Assembly: GCA_964016885.1 (NCBI GenBank)
Contig: OZ024761.1
Span: forward strand, 9,610,001 to 9,674,000
DNA: 64,000 nucleotides
Origin: Eledone cirrhosa
Lineage: Eukaryota
Direction of reading: 5' to 3'
The translations under genes were made by a program, and so were the position numbers. The notes beneath the pieces were generated by a model. That model saw nothing but the letters and a program-made list of their open reading frames with translations, had not been told where the DNA came from and did no database searches. Below are positions 30,110 through 45,700 of the stretch, piece by piece (position 1 is the stretch's first letter; every line of letters begins with the position of its first letter).

Positions 30110-31263
30110 AAATCACTTCCAGATCGTATCTCGATACGATATTCTGCAGAGAACTAGACAAGGCTAGTACAAGTTGTCCACAATTTAAAATAGTCGACTA
30201 CACAGACCACAAATTTGTGATCTGTGAGATCGACATAGACAGATTTCATAGACAAGGGCCTGGTTACTGGAAGCTGAACGCGTCTTTCCCGGTGCGCAAA
30301 GCCTACAGAGACCGGATTAGCGTATTAGTTAAGCGGGCGTTGACGGGAGCGGTCGTCAACAACCTGTTGTTGACGACCACCAAGTAGAGTCGATTAGGTT
30401 TAGCAAAGGACTAGTGTTAGAGGAAAACAGAGTAGAGGGAGAGCTAGTCAGAAAGCTAGAAGAGGCATTTAAGACAGGCATCGCAACCGACGTGCTTGCG
30501 GCGAGATTGGCACTCGACCAATTCTTCAACGCAAAACACGAAGGCTGCGTTGTCAGAGCTAGAGCACGTGCTCTGAAACACGAGGGGACAAAAGCAGTAC
30601 AATGGGCCCCGGTGGCAGAGGCACGACGTGGCTACAAAGCCACAATTCGGTCTTTATCTGACCAAAACGGGCGCGTATTGCTCGAACCCGAGCAGATGTG
30701 TGAAGCTTTTCATCAACACTTTGCTGAACTGTTCGGGAGCAGCGGCGGTCCGGATCGGGGTATGGACTTCAGTGCATACCTCGACGGACTGCCTCGGGTC
30801 AAGTTTCACTTGAAGAGGAAAATCAGGGTGGAGAGGCAAGTGCTGCCTTCTAGCAAGTTTGTTGAAAGGTGCGTGAATGTAGAGAGAATTGCCCGAGTGA
30901 ACGGGACCGCTCTGAATATACGCCTGTAGTTTGAGAAATGGACAAATTGAGAGAGGGCGCTTGCCCTGATGGTCAGGGTGGCCGTGGTCTTTTGTATGGT
31001 TTTCACCACGAGTAACCCTCGGAGGTTTCCCCCCTATTGAGGAATTTTTCATTGTTTCAATTTTCATTTTTATTGTTTATATATATATATATGTTTCTAT
31101 GTCTTTTTTTTTCTTTTCTTATATAAATAATAAAAATCTTTACACGCACAAAACCCACATCGTACCTTCCTGTGCCGTCCTGTGCCGTCCTGTACCGTCC
31201 TGTGCCGTCTGTAATGTTTTTCTTGATGTCAGCCCTTGTGACCAATAAAGAAATCATTATTAT
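30110..31263 (+). mobile_element. Tx1-like LINE fragment with large internal deletion (RT removed), (ATT)-tailed subfamily
   Basis: YTDHKFV, GPGYWKLN, AKHEGCVVR...YLDGLPR then jumps at ~30799 to KFHLKRKIRVER... and the 3' UTR. Ends AATAAAGAAATCATTATTATT. Confidence 0.85.
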
Positions 31264-31380
31264 TAATATTATTATTATTTAATATATACTCTGGGATCCT
31301 TATTGTACGTTGTTTAGCCACTGCAAACGAATGAAGTTGTTTAATTCTTGTCTTTTAACTTCATACCCGTCATATAACTA

Positions 31381-31561
31381 CGATTGGCAGTATCGGTAAA
31401 AGGTCGGACGCCATGCTTTGCAGCAAAGATTTACGGCCCTTTGTGGACTGAGTTCAAATCCCGCCGAGGTTAACTTTGCCTGTCATCCTTACGGGGTCGA
31501 TAAAATAAAGTACCAGTAATACACTGGGCTAATTGCTGGCATTGTGCCAAAAGCAGAAACA
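31381..31561 (+). mobile_element. SINE copy
   Basis: Same family sequence. Confidence 0.85.
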
Positions 31562-31599
31562 CGTATTTCAGTGCACTTTGAGGAGCAAATGTAGCACCA

Positions 31600-32612
31600 C
31601 AGCGATAAACTCTCGAGGGCTTGCCAGAAAGTCAGCCATTAGTCTAAAGAAAACCAATGTACTGGGCCAAAGTGTTAAGCAACCCTTCTCTCAACACCAA
31701 CAACTACGAGCTGGTGGTGGTCCACGAATTCATCCACCTTGTCTCCACCATCTCTGACAACCTCCCCTTGGACCCCAAGGCAGCAGAGTTGAACGAGCAA
31801 CCTCCACATTTGCCAGGCTGACGAAGAGAGTGTGGATAAACAGAAAAGTAACCAGAAACACCAAGATTGCTGTCTACAAGGCGCGGGTCCTCAGTACACT
31901 ACTTTACGGCAGTGAGACAGACACGAAGCCTCTGCTCCAGACAGGATCGGTGTCTCATTGTCTTCCACCTTCGTTGCCTGAGACGCATTTAGGATGTCAA
32001 GTGGACAGACCAGGTCACCAACACTGATATCCTCAACCGCACCAAGAACCCAGCATATATACCCTGCTCAAACAGTGTCGTCTGTGCTGGCTCGGTCACG
32101 TACATCGATTGTCGGGTGGGATAATCCCAAAAGAACCTACTGCATGGGGAACTGGAAACCGGCACAAGAGGACGACCTCATCTTCGTTTCAAACACGTCT
32201 GCAGAAGGGAAATGAAGTCAATAGATCTGGACACAGAGATGGGAGGAGGTTGCTAATGATCGCCCACGATGGAGAAGAGTACTGCGCAAGGGGATGGGCC
32301 GAATGGAGGAGAAATTGAACTTGCATCTGAGGAGAATCTTGCTCGAAAAATGAACAACACTGTTGCACCGGAGGAGAGCATCTACCAATGCAGTCTCAGT
32401 ACACAGGACTGCCATTCCTCTTGTGGGCCTGTACAGCCACAGTAGTACCAGAGGAGAACACCTACCAATGCAGTCGCTGTGTACAGGACTGCCATTCCTG
32501 TGTGGGCCTGTACAGCCACAGCAGACACTGTACCACCATCAACAGCTGACGCAAGGTTCTCCAAGCGCAGATCCATGGTCTTTCAAGACCGACGGATGCC
32601 AGTAATAACAAT
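31600..32612 (+). mobile_element. Degenerate RTE (BovB-like) LINE 3' part
   Basis: RVWINRKVTRNTKIAVYKARVLSTLLYGSET, FHLRCLRRIL, duplicated C-terminal GLYSHS zinc-finger-like segment. Many frameshifts. Confidence 0.75.
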
Positions 32613-32834
32613 AATGTGTGTGTTATGTGTGTGTGTGTTGTGTGCCCCGGGTTCAATCGGTGTAACCACAGTAAGTAAAGTACTCAATAAATTAGTAGAG
32701 TCTAAACATCGAATTTATTATAGAAATACCTTCTATAAGACTAGAACTGTTTCATTCTTTCGACTGAAACAGTTCTAGTGTTGTAGAATCCATTTCTATA
32801 TTAAATTTGATATATAGATATATCTATATATATT

Positions 32835-32874
<40 letters not shown>

Positions 32875-33586
32875 GTGTGAGGGGGTGTATTGTATATATA
32901 TATATGTATATATATATGTGTGTGTTATGTATATACACGTGTGTGTGTGGGAGTACGTGAAAGTGTGTGAGTGTGTGTGTGAGTGTGTATGATACACAGT
33001 CTGTTTCTCCATGTTTCACCTCCATAGATCATGTTCAGTCCTGTTCTCTCCTTCTTCTCAGTCTGTTTTACAAAAAGTCCGGACAACAGCACCCTGTTGC
33101 GTGCTACACCTTGAATGGTGTGGAGGCGGAGGTGTCGGCCATGTTAGTGGTGGCAGGGCAGTGGTGGCGGTGGTGGTGGTGATGGAGGTGTCGGCCATGT
33201 TAGTGGTGGCAGGGCAGTGGCAGTGGTGATGGAGGTGTCGGCCATGTTAGTGGTGGCAGGACCATGGTGGTGGTGGCGATGGCAGGACAGTGGTGGTGGT
33301 GGTGTCCAATCGGACACCATCACACCACCACCACACCCTTACCCACCACCCCTTTCGACCTCTTTAGCTTCCTTTTCTTTCCCTTGTTATCTTTTTCTTT
33401 CTTTCTTTATCCTTGCATGCAAATCTTTTTCGTATATACACAGTATACAGTACACACACGTGTATATACATAAAGCATGCATAAATTATATATATATACA
33501 AATATACAAAACATACATACATACATGCATGTATGTATATATGAATGTATATATATACATATATATGAATGTATACATATACATGA

Positions 33587-33651
<65 letters not shown>

Positions 33652-33658
33652 CACACAC

Positions 33659-33689
<31 letters not shown>

Positions 33690-33875
33690 CACACACATAT
33701 ATATATATACACACAGACATATATATACACACACATATATACACACACATATATATATACACACATATATATATATACACACACATATATATATACACAC
33801 ACATATATATATATATATACACACATATATATATATATACACATATATATATATATACACATATATATATATATA

Positions 33876-34048
33876 TTGTTATACTTGGGGAGGGTCATAT
33901 TTGCGTAATATTGCCAGAATTACAGTGAGTGGGTTCTGTTATTAATTCTGGCAATATTACGCAAATATGACCCTCCCCAAGTATAACAATATTTGTTTCG
34001 ACACACGATTTCATATAAAAAAAGCTCGCTAAACTAATTCATCGCCGC

Positions 34049-34049
<1 letters not shown>
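33876..34049. mobile_element. Solo fold-back remnant of the Penelope terminal repeat
   Basis: 33876-33921 is inverted against 33944-33990. 33922-34049 matches 46609-46733. Flanked by (TA)n. Confidence 0.85.
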
Positions 34050-34080
<31 letters not shown>

Positions 34081-34150
34081 CATATATACATACATATATA
34101 TATATATATATACATATATACATACATATATATACATATATACATACATA

Positions 34151-34188
<38 letters not shown>

Positions 34189-34401
34189 CATACATATATA
34201 TATACATATATATATATATACATATATATATACATATATATATATACATATATATATACATATATATATATATACATATATATATACATATATATATATA
34301 TACATATATATATATACACATATATATATATACATATATATATATATACATATATATATACATATATACATATATACACATATACATATATACATATATA
34401 C

Positions 34402-34434
<33 letters not shown>

Positions 34435-34519
34435 CATATATAAAAACAAATAACGAAACGAAATTAAATTTCGTTTCGTTTGTAACTCACTTTTGTATGA
34501 CTGTTTTTAACTTAATTGT

Positions 34520-36222
<1,703 letters not shown>

Positions 36223-36287
36223 TGAATGCATACATGTTTATGCATTTACACATATACACACATGTAAATACGAATACTTGTGTATAT

Positions 36288-36325
<38 letters not shown>

Positions 36326-37617
36326 AAACCGACATTGAGACACACCCAAACTTATACCGCCCCCCCCCCCCCCTTCGTGACACATTGCCATCTGATGCCA
36401 TAGCATACCATTGTCACTATCAACCCCAGCACTACAACTGGTATCACGACCATCACACCTCCACCATCACCACGACGCCAGCATCATCATCACCACCACC
36501 ACACCACCACCATCATCAATCTCACTACACCACCACCACCACCACCACCACCACCACCACACCACCACCACAACCACTACACCACCATCATCATCACCAT
36601 CACCACACCACCACCATCACACCACCACAACCACTACACCACCACCATCACTACCATCACCATTATCTTCACCACAATCAACAGTTCAAATAGCAATATC
36701 GTCTAACCCCCCCCCCCCCACCACCACACACAATATCGATCTGAGTTCATTAAGTGCACTGGACTTCTTGGACTTTAGTTTTATTAAAGATAGGTGGCGT
36801 GGTGGTGGTGTGATCGTGATGGTGGTGGCGGGATGGAGGCGGTGTTGTTGGTGGTGATAAGAACAGTGATGGTTATAGTGATGATGGTGACGTGAAGATG
36901 GTGGTGGTGACAGTGGTGGTGGTGGTGGTGGTGACGTCGACGAGGATGATGATGATCAAGACCATGGTGGTGGTGGTGGTGGTGGTGGTGGTATGGATAT
37001 GTGGTTAAAAACTTCTCTTGGCAACCTCTGTTTCTGAGTTCGATCTGTACACGAGGGCTGTGCTAGTACTTGGGGGGAAGGGGGGGGGGCAGTTGTTGGC
37101 AGTGCTAGAAGGGCGTTGGGGTGGGTGGCAATCCCTACAAGTTCGAGAAACCCTCTACAAGCTACCTGACCTATCTCAGATGTCTGCATGGGCGACGTAA
37201 CCGTCCCACATGTTATCGTGCATGGAAACTTTTGGGGCTGAACCTCCTGGCCTCCGTCCGGCAGCAAAGGGACGAGTTGACCCTTGAAATTAATCATCAC
37301 GATGGACAGAATCCTCAAAGGAACGGGTCTGTGTGCTTCAATATAGTGGTGCTCCTTTACGTTTTAAGTTCAAATTCTAGCGAGGTCAACAAGAGAATAC
37401 CGTCCAGGAGATAACTCTCTCTCTCTCTGTCACCCCCTCTCTCTCTGTCACCCCCTCTCCCTGTCACTCCTTCCCTCTCTCTATAACCGGTCGTATGTCA
37501 CCTTGAAATTAATCATCGCGGTGGACAAAAGCTTCAAAGGAACGAATCTGTGTGCTTCAATATCCGTTCGAGGATTGTCAACTCATTCGAATTTTGTCAA
37601 CGCCTGACCATCCATAA

Positions 37618-37777
37618 TGCATCGGACACCATGCTTTGCAGCATAGAGTCACGGCCCTTGACGTTCTATGTTCAGATCCCGCCGAGGTTAACTTTGCCTT
37701 TCATCCTTACCGGGTCGATAAAATAAAGTACCAGTAATGGGGTAATTGTTGGCCTTGTGCCAAAAGTAGAAACAATT
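37618..37777 (+). mobile_element. SINE copy
   Basis: Same family sequence. Confidence 0.8.
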
Positions 37778-38977
37778 AGATTTTTTTTTTTTTTCGAATA
37801 ACAACAACACTACAGATATTTAAAAACGGAAAATGAAGAGACGGGCAAAGCTTCTAGGGTCACAGAAGAATGTAAGGGGGAAGAGAGAGGGTGATGGGCT
37901 CAGGCCTTGGGCGCGACGGAGTTGGGGCCGCACCCTGCGGACAAAACCACAAAAGCTTATGTTGGCTTCAATTTGAACTCGAAACTACTTTCTGAAAGAT
38001 TCGTACTTGGTTACATCAGCAAATGTCGCTGCAGCAATACACACAACCCCTGTCCCCCACAATAATTGAAACAAACAAAAAATATCTTTTTGCGTTTTAT
38101 TAACTGACGTTTCTTAGTCAGGGTGGAATGGATGAGATAAGGGAAGAAGAGAAAATATATCAAATATGTTTAAAGTATATTTAAAGTATGTTTAAAGTAC
38201 CACCACTTAACATTGTCGGGACAATGAAAAAAATGTCTCCAAGTCTTTTTATTTTTTTTATTTTATTTTGACTCCTTAATGTTCAACAAAGGACTCATGT
38301 CTTTGTTTTTATCTTTTGTTTCAAGTTGTTTTATATATATTCTTGTTGGTGTTGTTTATTATTTTGTTTAAATTTTGCAACGAAAGAGAAATGACGAGAA
38401 TCGTGAGAAAACCAATTTATTTTATTGTTGAAGAAACTGAAAATACTAAAATTAATCCCCCACTACCACCAAACACACACACACACGAAAAAAAATAATT
38501 ACAAAACAACAACTAATTAATAAAAAGCAAAACAATGGGGTGACACGACTGTTTAAAAAAATGAAAAAAAAAAAATTAGGCATCTTTTTACCAAGGCCTA
38601 CTTGTTTCGCCCTACACCACACCTCATCTATTCTCTAACTGTCAACTTCCAGAATCTGAGCTCACTATCTTCATTTAATCTTTAGCCCCCTAAATTGCAT
38701 CACCTTCCCCATCTATAGTCCTCACTATATTGTACTGTAAGGACGGCTTTCTCTATCTCTGGGGTTGAGAAACGAGATGTGGCCTCAGCAACAAAGAATT
38801 TTAATCTTTTACTAGAGCTTTCGATATCGTTGATACAAGAAAAAAGGATAAGACCTCAGACCATTGGAGCAGTGTGAAATAAAATATCTTGCTCAAAGAC
38901 ACAATGTATCACCTACTCCGGGAATCGAACTCACAACCACTAAGCCTTTACAAAAAAAAAAAAATAATAATAATAAT

Positions 38978-39082
38978 AATTGTTTCTACTTTTGGCACAA
39001 GGCCAGTAAATTACTGGTACTTTATTTTATCGACCCCGTAAGGATGAAAGGCAAAGTTAACCTCGGCGGGATTTGAACTCAG
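38978..39082 (-). mobile_element. SINE 3' fragment
   Basis: Same family sequence with (ATT)n tail. Confidence 0.8.
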
Positions 39083-39566
39083 TAACTGTTATAGTCCAAT
39101 GATCCTCAGAGACCCAGATAAAATTCCTTCTCTTGCAATCCCAGCCTTCCTAATTCCTGTCCAATTTTAGGTGAATATATGATATATGGTAAAGAAAATT
39201 TAAGTGTCTTTTGTGGTTATGTAAACGGAAAAGGAAGGGAAATGTAAGGTCTCTAGAGACACAGAAGAATGGGAAGGGGAAGAGGGAGGGCGATATGCTC
39301 CGGGTCCAGGGCGCGGTGGTATTGGGTTGCGCTCCGCGGACAAGGCCCGCAAACGCATTTTGGACCAAGTTTTCACCCGAGCACCATACTAAAACATGCA
39401 ATTTTTTTTCAAATCCCAATAATTCTATAATCCATTATTCTCACACACCTATACTATATTCGCCTCATTGGAATCCCAGACTTCCCCAATTCCTCCTCAA
39501 ATTGAATGTTTTCCTAAATTTTCACCAGGGCACAATATTAACATGAGCAACCTTTTTAAATTCCAA

Positions 39567-40199
39567 TTTAAACTATATACCGTATTTAAACTATATACCG
39601 TATTTAAACTATATACCGTATTTAAACTATATACCGTATTTAAACTATACACCGTATTTAAACTATATACCGTATTTAAACTATACACCGTATTTAAACT
39701 ATACACCGTATTTAAACTATATACCGTATTTAAACTATACACCGTATTTAAACTATATACCGTATTTAAACTATACACCGTATTTAAACTATATACCGTA
39801 TTTAAACTATATACCGTATTTAAACTATACACCGTATTTAAACTATATACCGTATTTAAACTATACACCGTATTTAAACTATATACCGTATTTAAACTAT
39901 ATACCGTATTTAAACTATACACCGTATTTAAACTATATACCGTATTTAAACTATACACCGTATTTAAACTATATACCGTATTTAAACTATACACCGTATT
40001 TAAACTATATACCGTATTTAAACTATACACCGTATTTAAACTATACACCGTATTTAAACTATATACCGTATTTAAACTATACACCGTATTTAAACTATAC
40101 ACCGTATTTAAACTATATACCGTATTTAAACTATACACCGTATTTAAACTATATACCGTATTTAAACTATACACCGTATTTAAACTATATACCGTATTT
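39567..40199. repeat. 18-bp tandem array (TTTAAACTATAYACCGTA), ~35 copies
   Basis: Direct inspection; one variable position (T/C). Confidence 0.97.
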
Positions 40200-40359
40200 C
40201 CCGGCGTCGAAGACGCTACTTTTTACCTAAAATAAGTCTCAAAAATCTACCATTTGTCCTGGAGGCCGAAGGTTTATTATTTTTTTTTTTCAAATTTTTG
40301 GTTGTCAAAATTGGGGTGCGCCCTCGAGGACGAAGCGTCTACGGCGCCGGGAAATAAGG
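40192..40359. mobile_element. Small TIR element (Tc1/mariner-pogo-type MITE)
   Basis: TA|CCGTATTTCCCGGCGTCGAAGACGC ... GCGTCTACGGCGCCGGGAAATAAGG|TG. Confidence 0.65.
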
Positions 40360-40502
40360 TGTGTGTATACATATATATATACACACCTTATTTCTCGACG
40401 CCGAAGACGCTTCGTCCTCGAGGACGCACCCTATATATATATAGTTCAAAATGACAAACAAACAAACGCAGGAGTCAATATATATACATATGTATATACA
40501 CA

Positions 40503-40573
40503 CAGGGTGTCACCCCCAAAATACTTCAAGAGCATTCCAATAAACATGTGTATACATATTTTTTGGACACCCT
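40503..40573. mobile_element. Tiny Tc1/mariner-type MITE
   Basis: CAGGGTGTC...GGACACCCTG|TA; related copy at 63183-63285. Confidence 0.55.
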
Positions 40574-40953
40574 GTATATATATATATATATATATATATC
40601 GGAATGTGATTGTCGGCCGAGAGAAAAGAGTATTCAATACCGAAGTAGAGTGTTAATATTCATTTTATTAAGACTAGGTCAGTCTTGTTACTCTGGAGTT
40701 TTGCCTGTTTATTATTGATGACCCTAGCCAATTGATATACACACACACAGACACACACACACAATGTACGCTATTCTTTCCCAGTCTGGATTCCCCCTGT
40801 TAGAGGTATTTCATCGCTCTCTCCCTTTCTATCAAAGGATTAATCTACTCACCACCCCTCTCTTTCTCCTTCAGAAACATTTACTACTCAGAATATAGAC
40901 AGTGTTCACTTACTTTCAACTGCGAGGCTAAAGTTGTAGGGTTATTATATATA

Positions 40954-41335
40954 CTAGCAGAAAAACCACCCTTCGGGTGGTTTTCTGCTAGCATGTGTAG
41001 TGTGCATATTGATATTATACGCAAGTATATATACATGTAGATATGATACGTCAAATGACATCGTAATTGACAATATACACAGAAATTGAACGAAGACTGC
41101 GTTACACTCTCTTATGTAATCAGTAAAGTAATCCATGATACATTAAACAATTTTAAAGAAGTGAATCTTTAAATAAGTAATAAAATATATTTAATGAACA
41201 GCCACGAAATTTAGGAGATAAATTATGTAATATTTATTTATTATTTATTCAAAGTAATCCAACTTATTTTACAAACGGGATAAAAATATATATTCTGGAC
41301 GCAGTCCCGCACTCCTTACTTTATTATAGTTTATA
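40954..41335 (-). mobile_element. Possible non-autonomous Helitron
   Basis: Minus strand ends with hairpin ACCACCC-GAA-GGGTGGT a few nt before terminal CTAG|T. Putative 5' end ...CTATAATAAAG near 41330 lacks a clean TC. Confidence 0.4.
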
Positions 41336-41355
41336 TATATATATTAATTATTATG

Positions 41356-41412
41356 TTTTATCTGACGAAAGCGTACTTAAATATTAGTACTCTTGAAATA
41401 CGTATAATAAAA
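41356..41412 (+). ncRNA. Type I hammerhead ribozyme motif (family B)
   Basis: TTTTAT-CTGACGA-[AAG.GTACT..AGTAC.CTT]-GAA-ATACGTAT-A-ATAAAA: full core, 6-bp stem I, palindromic stem III. Confidence 0.75.
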
Positions 41413-41544
41413 TAAATATGGTTTTATAAAGATATTTTCCGTTTATTGATATTATTGATACTCCGGATAAATCCCGTTGAGTGCTTCTAATCTGTTGTAA
41501 AAATAACTTTGTTGAATAATCAACAAACTAAATAACTCATTGTT

Positions 41545-41649
<105 letters not shown>

Positions 41650-41675
41650 TATAGATAGATATAGATATATGTATG

Positions 41676-41719
<44 letters not shown>

Positions 41720-41726
41720 TATATAC

Positions 41727-41937
<211 letters not shown>

Positions 41938-42022
41938 AATACTCGGTATTGAATACTTCGGTATTGAATACTCTTTTCTCTCGGCCGACAATCACATTCC
42001 GATATATATATATATATACAGT

Positions 42023-42141
42023 GAAGGCGTGTGGCTGAGTGGTTAGAGTATTGGATTCACAATCGTGAGGTTGTGAGTTCGATTCCTGAACCAGGCGATG
42101 CGTTATGTCCTTGAGCAAGACACTTTATTTCACGTTGCTCC
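42023..42141 (+). mobile_element. Second tRNA-derived SINE family
   Basis: TGGCTGAGTGG A box, GAGTTCGATTCC B box, then GTCCTTGAGCAAGACACTTTATTTCAC. Related pieces at 38864-38945 (-) and 60950-61090 (+). Confidence 0.75.
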
Positions 42142-42242
42142 TTCTACCTGGAGTTGCGACCGATAGATAGTATTAGCAATTGGAAAGACCAACGGAAACA
42201 TAGTTTCCTCGGTCCGATTTGACGAAAGTCGATAGACTAGAA

Positions 42243-42280
<38 letters not shown>

Positions 42281-42316
42281 TTCTAGTCGATCGACTTTAT
42301 ATATATATATATATAC

Positions 42317-42390
<74 letters not shown>

Positions 42391-42410
42391 ATACATATAT
42401 ATATATACAC

Positions 42411-42446
<36 letters not shown>

Positions 42447-42768
42447 TGTTATATTTGGGGAGGGTCATATTTGCGTAATATTGCCAGAATTAATAACAGA
42501 ACACACTCACTGTTTGGTTGGTTTTCGCTTCTCGCTGTCTTTTATATATATATATCTGCGATCTAACTTACTCGGTCCTCAATGTTGCCATTGACTTACC
42601 GGCGGTCAAAAATAATACAGATACAATATAGATACAATATACAGATACAATATAGACAATATAGAAAAAGAAACTACAATAACAACAGAACAAATCCGCT
42701 TCTTAAAACACTGTGTTTCCTCCAAAACATACACAACAAACATATCAAAACAAGTAAATAATTTATTA

Positions 42769-45700
42769 TTGAACAAAACACAAGCTGAACGGCTAAAACA
42801 CAGAATAACAGTTAATATGAAAAGAACAACATACACAAAAGTCAACGCACTCTACAGACAAAAACGCATCAACGGTAAGGAAATCCGAAATCTCATCACA
42901 GCAAACGAGAGAGATGACTTCATGAGCGTCATCCGACGCGAAACGAAATATGCTCAAAACGAATGCTGTAGGCATTTCAAGAAGAAATTAGAATGGATGA
43001 ATAAGAAAAAACTACAAGAAAGGAAAATCGAATATTCTCAAAAATACCCAGATAACATCGACAACATCCGTATGAGTGATGTAAAACTACCGGAAGAATT
43101 TACCAATGACCACACAGTAAATATCTATGGGAACACTTTAATCAGTGAACAAGAACAACAAATCCTAAAGTTACCACCAAAATTTGCCATCTACAAAAAG
43201 ATTAACCCTATGGAATGCAAAACGGAGCTGGAAAAGTGTTTCACAAAAATACGTTGGAATGCAAAGGTAAACAACAACAACAATAATAACGGTAGTAGTA
43301 ATATAAACAATAACTCTGGGTATAGAAATAACAGCCATAACCATAACAATGGCAGGAAAGTGAGAAATAGTGATAATGGCAATAATACTAGCGATAGACA
43401 GAACAACAACAACCACAATAATAATAATAATAGAAACGTTAACCACAGACACAGCAACAGTGACCACAGTAGTAATAACGGTAACAATACGAACAACAAC
43501 AATAACCACAGTGGTAATAATGGAAATAGTACATGTAGCAACATCAACAAAAACAAGAAACATAATAATAGTAACAACCACAATGGTAGAAATAGCAGTA
43601 ACAACAACAACAATAACGGTGAAGTAAACAACAATACATCTAGCAATCATAACAATAATAATATTAATGCTAATGATAGAAACAACAACAACCACCATGA
43701 TAACAATAATAGCAACACATACAACTATGACGATAGAAATAACGACAACCCCTTAGAGAAACTATTTTTCAACCCAGCTGACAAAACATATAAGATGGGT
43801 AATATCTATCCTACGAGGTTACCCTTTAATAAAAGAGTTTGCATACCACAGCAAATAGATGACGAGACGGAGGCACAGTTCACCATAGCTAGAAATAAGA
43901 TTAGACAAGTAGTAGACAGGTACACTATGAGACAGAGCAGACCAGAGGCCCAACAACTTGGGATAAAACCTGTAGAAGGCTTGGTTAGCCTCAAGCAGCG
44001 TACAAGGGTAGGTGAGGTAGTATGTCTACCCACAGATAAGTCTGGTAGGATGTCAATAGATAGCATGCCGAACTACATCGAGGCAATGCAACCCCACATC
44101 ACCAACACGAGCGAAGTTGCACAACTAACACACGATGGGAGAGAAAAAATCCTCAACGCTCACATGATGATGTGGACTGACATCCTAAAGCCAAGCAGAC
44201 GCACTGCCAACAACTTCCAGGCGTCTAACAATGGCATACCACCCTTGTATGGGCTCCGCAAAGACCACAAGACAGTCGACGACCCGACAACAGGACCACC
44301 AACAAGACCCGTATGCGGAGCTAATATAGCTAGCAACTACAGGATCTCCTACTTCCTCTCAATGGTTATACGCCCCATAATCAAGATGTCCCCAGATGTA
44401 TGTGAAAGTACAGAGGACCTCCTCAGCAGAATCAGTGAGTGCAACAAAAACAGGAGCCTATCCAACTGCATAATAGGCAGCATGGATGTGGTGTCACTGT
44501 ACCCATCCATTAACATTGATTTTGCTGTGAAAAGATGTGTGGAGATGATCATTGAGAGTGAGGTGGAGTTCTGCGACGTCGACACAGACGAACTGGGCCT
44601 CCTACTTAGACTTACCTACGACACTGACTACCTAGACAGCCATGACCTTAGATGTTTCTGCCCTAGTAGACCTATAAGAGGTAGACCCCCCACCATAACC
44701 TCAATGGCTAAAAAGACTCCCATAGGAAGGTGGATTGGGTGGACCAAAGCTATACGGACCCCCCAAAACACTGATCAGGTAAGAAAAATGGTCGCACATG
44801 CAATAGGGGCTAGTATCAAAACTACCCTAAAGGGCCACATATTTAAGTTCAATGAGAAAATCTACACCCAAAATGAGGGAGCAGCCATCGGCGTCAGCAT
44901 AGCTGGTGATGTTGCCAACCTTTTCATGGTATGGTGGGAAAGGAGACTTAAAGATCTCCTTAATGAAAGCTCCTTAGACCTCATCATGTACTCTCATTAT
45001 GTAGACGATATCAATATAGTTATAAGAACACCCCCACTAGAGAGCACTAACAAGTTTGATTTAGAACGTAGCACGATGGAAAGCATCCAGCAGATAGCTA
45101 ATTCCATACACCAGAGTATAACTGTAACTATAGACTTCCCTTCCAAACACCCTAACAATAGACTACCTGTATTAGACACAGAACTCTGGATTAACACTAT
45201 AGACGAGAGAGCCCAAATTCTCCACTCACACTATGCTAAACCCATGGCCTCCAAATACCTGATACTCAAAAACTCAGCAATGTCCAGTAGTGCTAAGTTT
45301 AATATTCTGATCGCAGATTTGGTACGAGTGATGAAGAATGTGTCCAGCATGTGCGACCCAACAGAAATGGAAGGACACATCCAACACTTCATCAACCGCA
45401 TGCAGTTCTCTGGCTACAACCAAAGAGACAGAGTCAGAGTATACGAAGGAGCCATGGAAAAGTATAAGACCCTCATAGAACTGGACATGAAAGGAATTTG
45501 CCCACTATACAGGAGCAAATCATGGAATAGCTTAGATAGGGCTAGACATAAGATAGGGAAGGCCACATCATGGTACGACAACCAAAGATATCAGAGTGTC
45601 ATGTTTGTGGACGCCACCCCTGGAGGGAAATTAGCTAACCAGTGTAGAAAGGCCCTGAGAAAGACCCACTTAAAAATAAAGGTGGTAGAAAAGCCAGGAA

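Noticed and set aside
39468-40235. (KLYTVF)n / (YSLNTV)n ORFs
   Set aside because: Translation of an 18-bp array.
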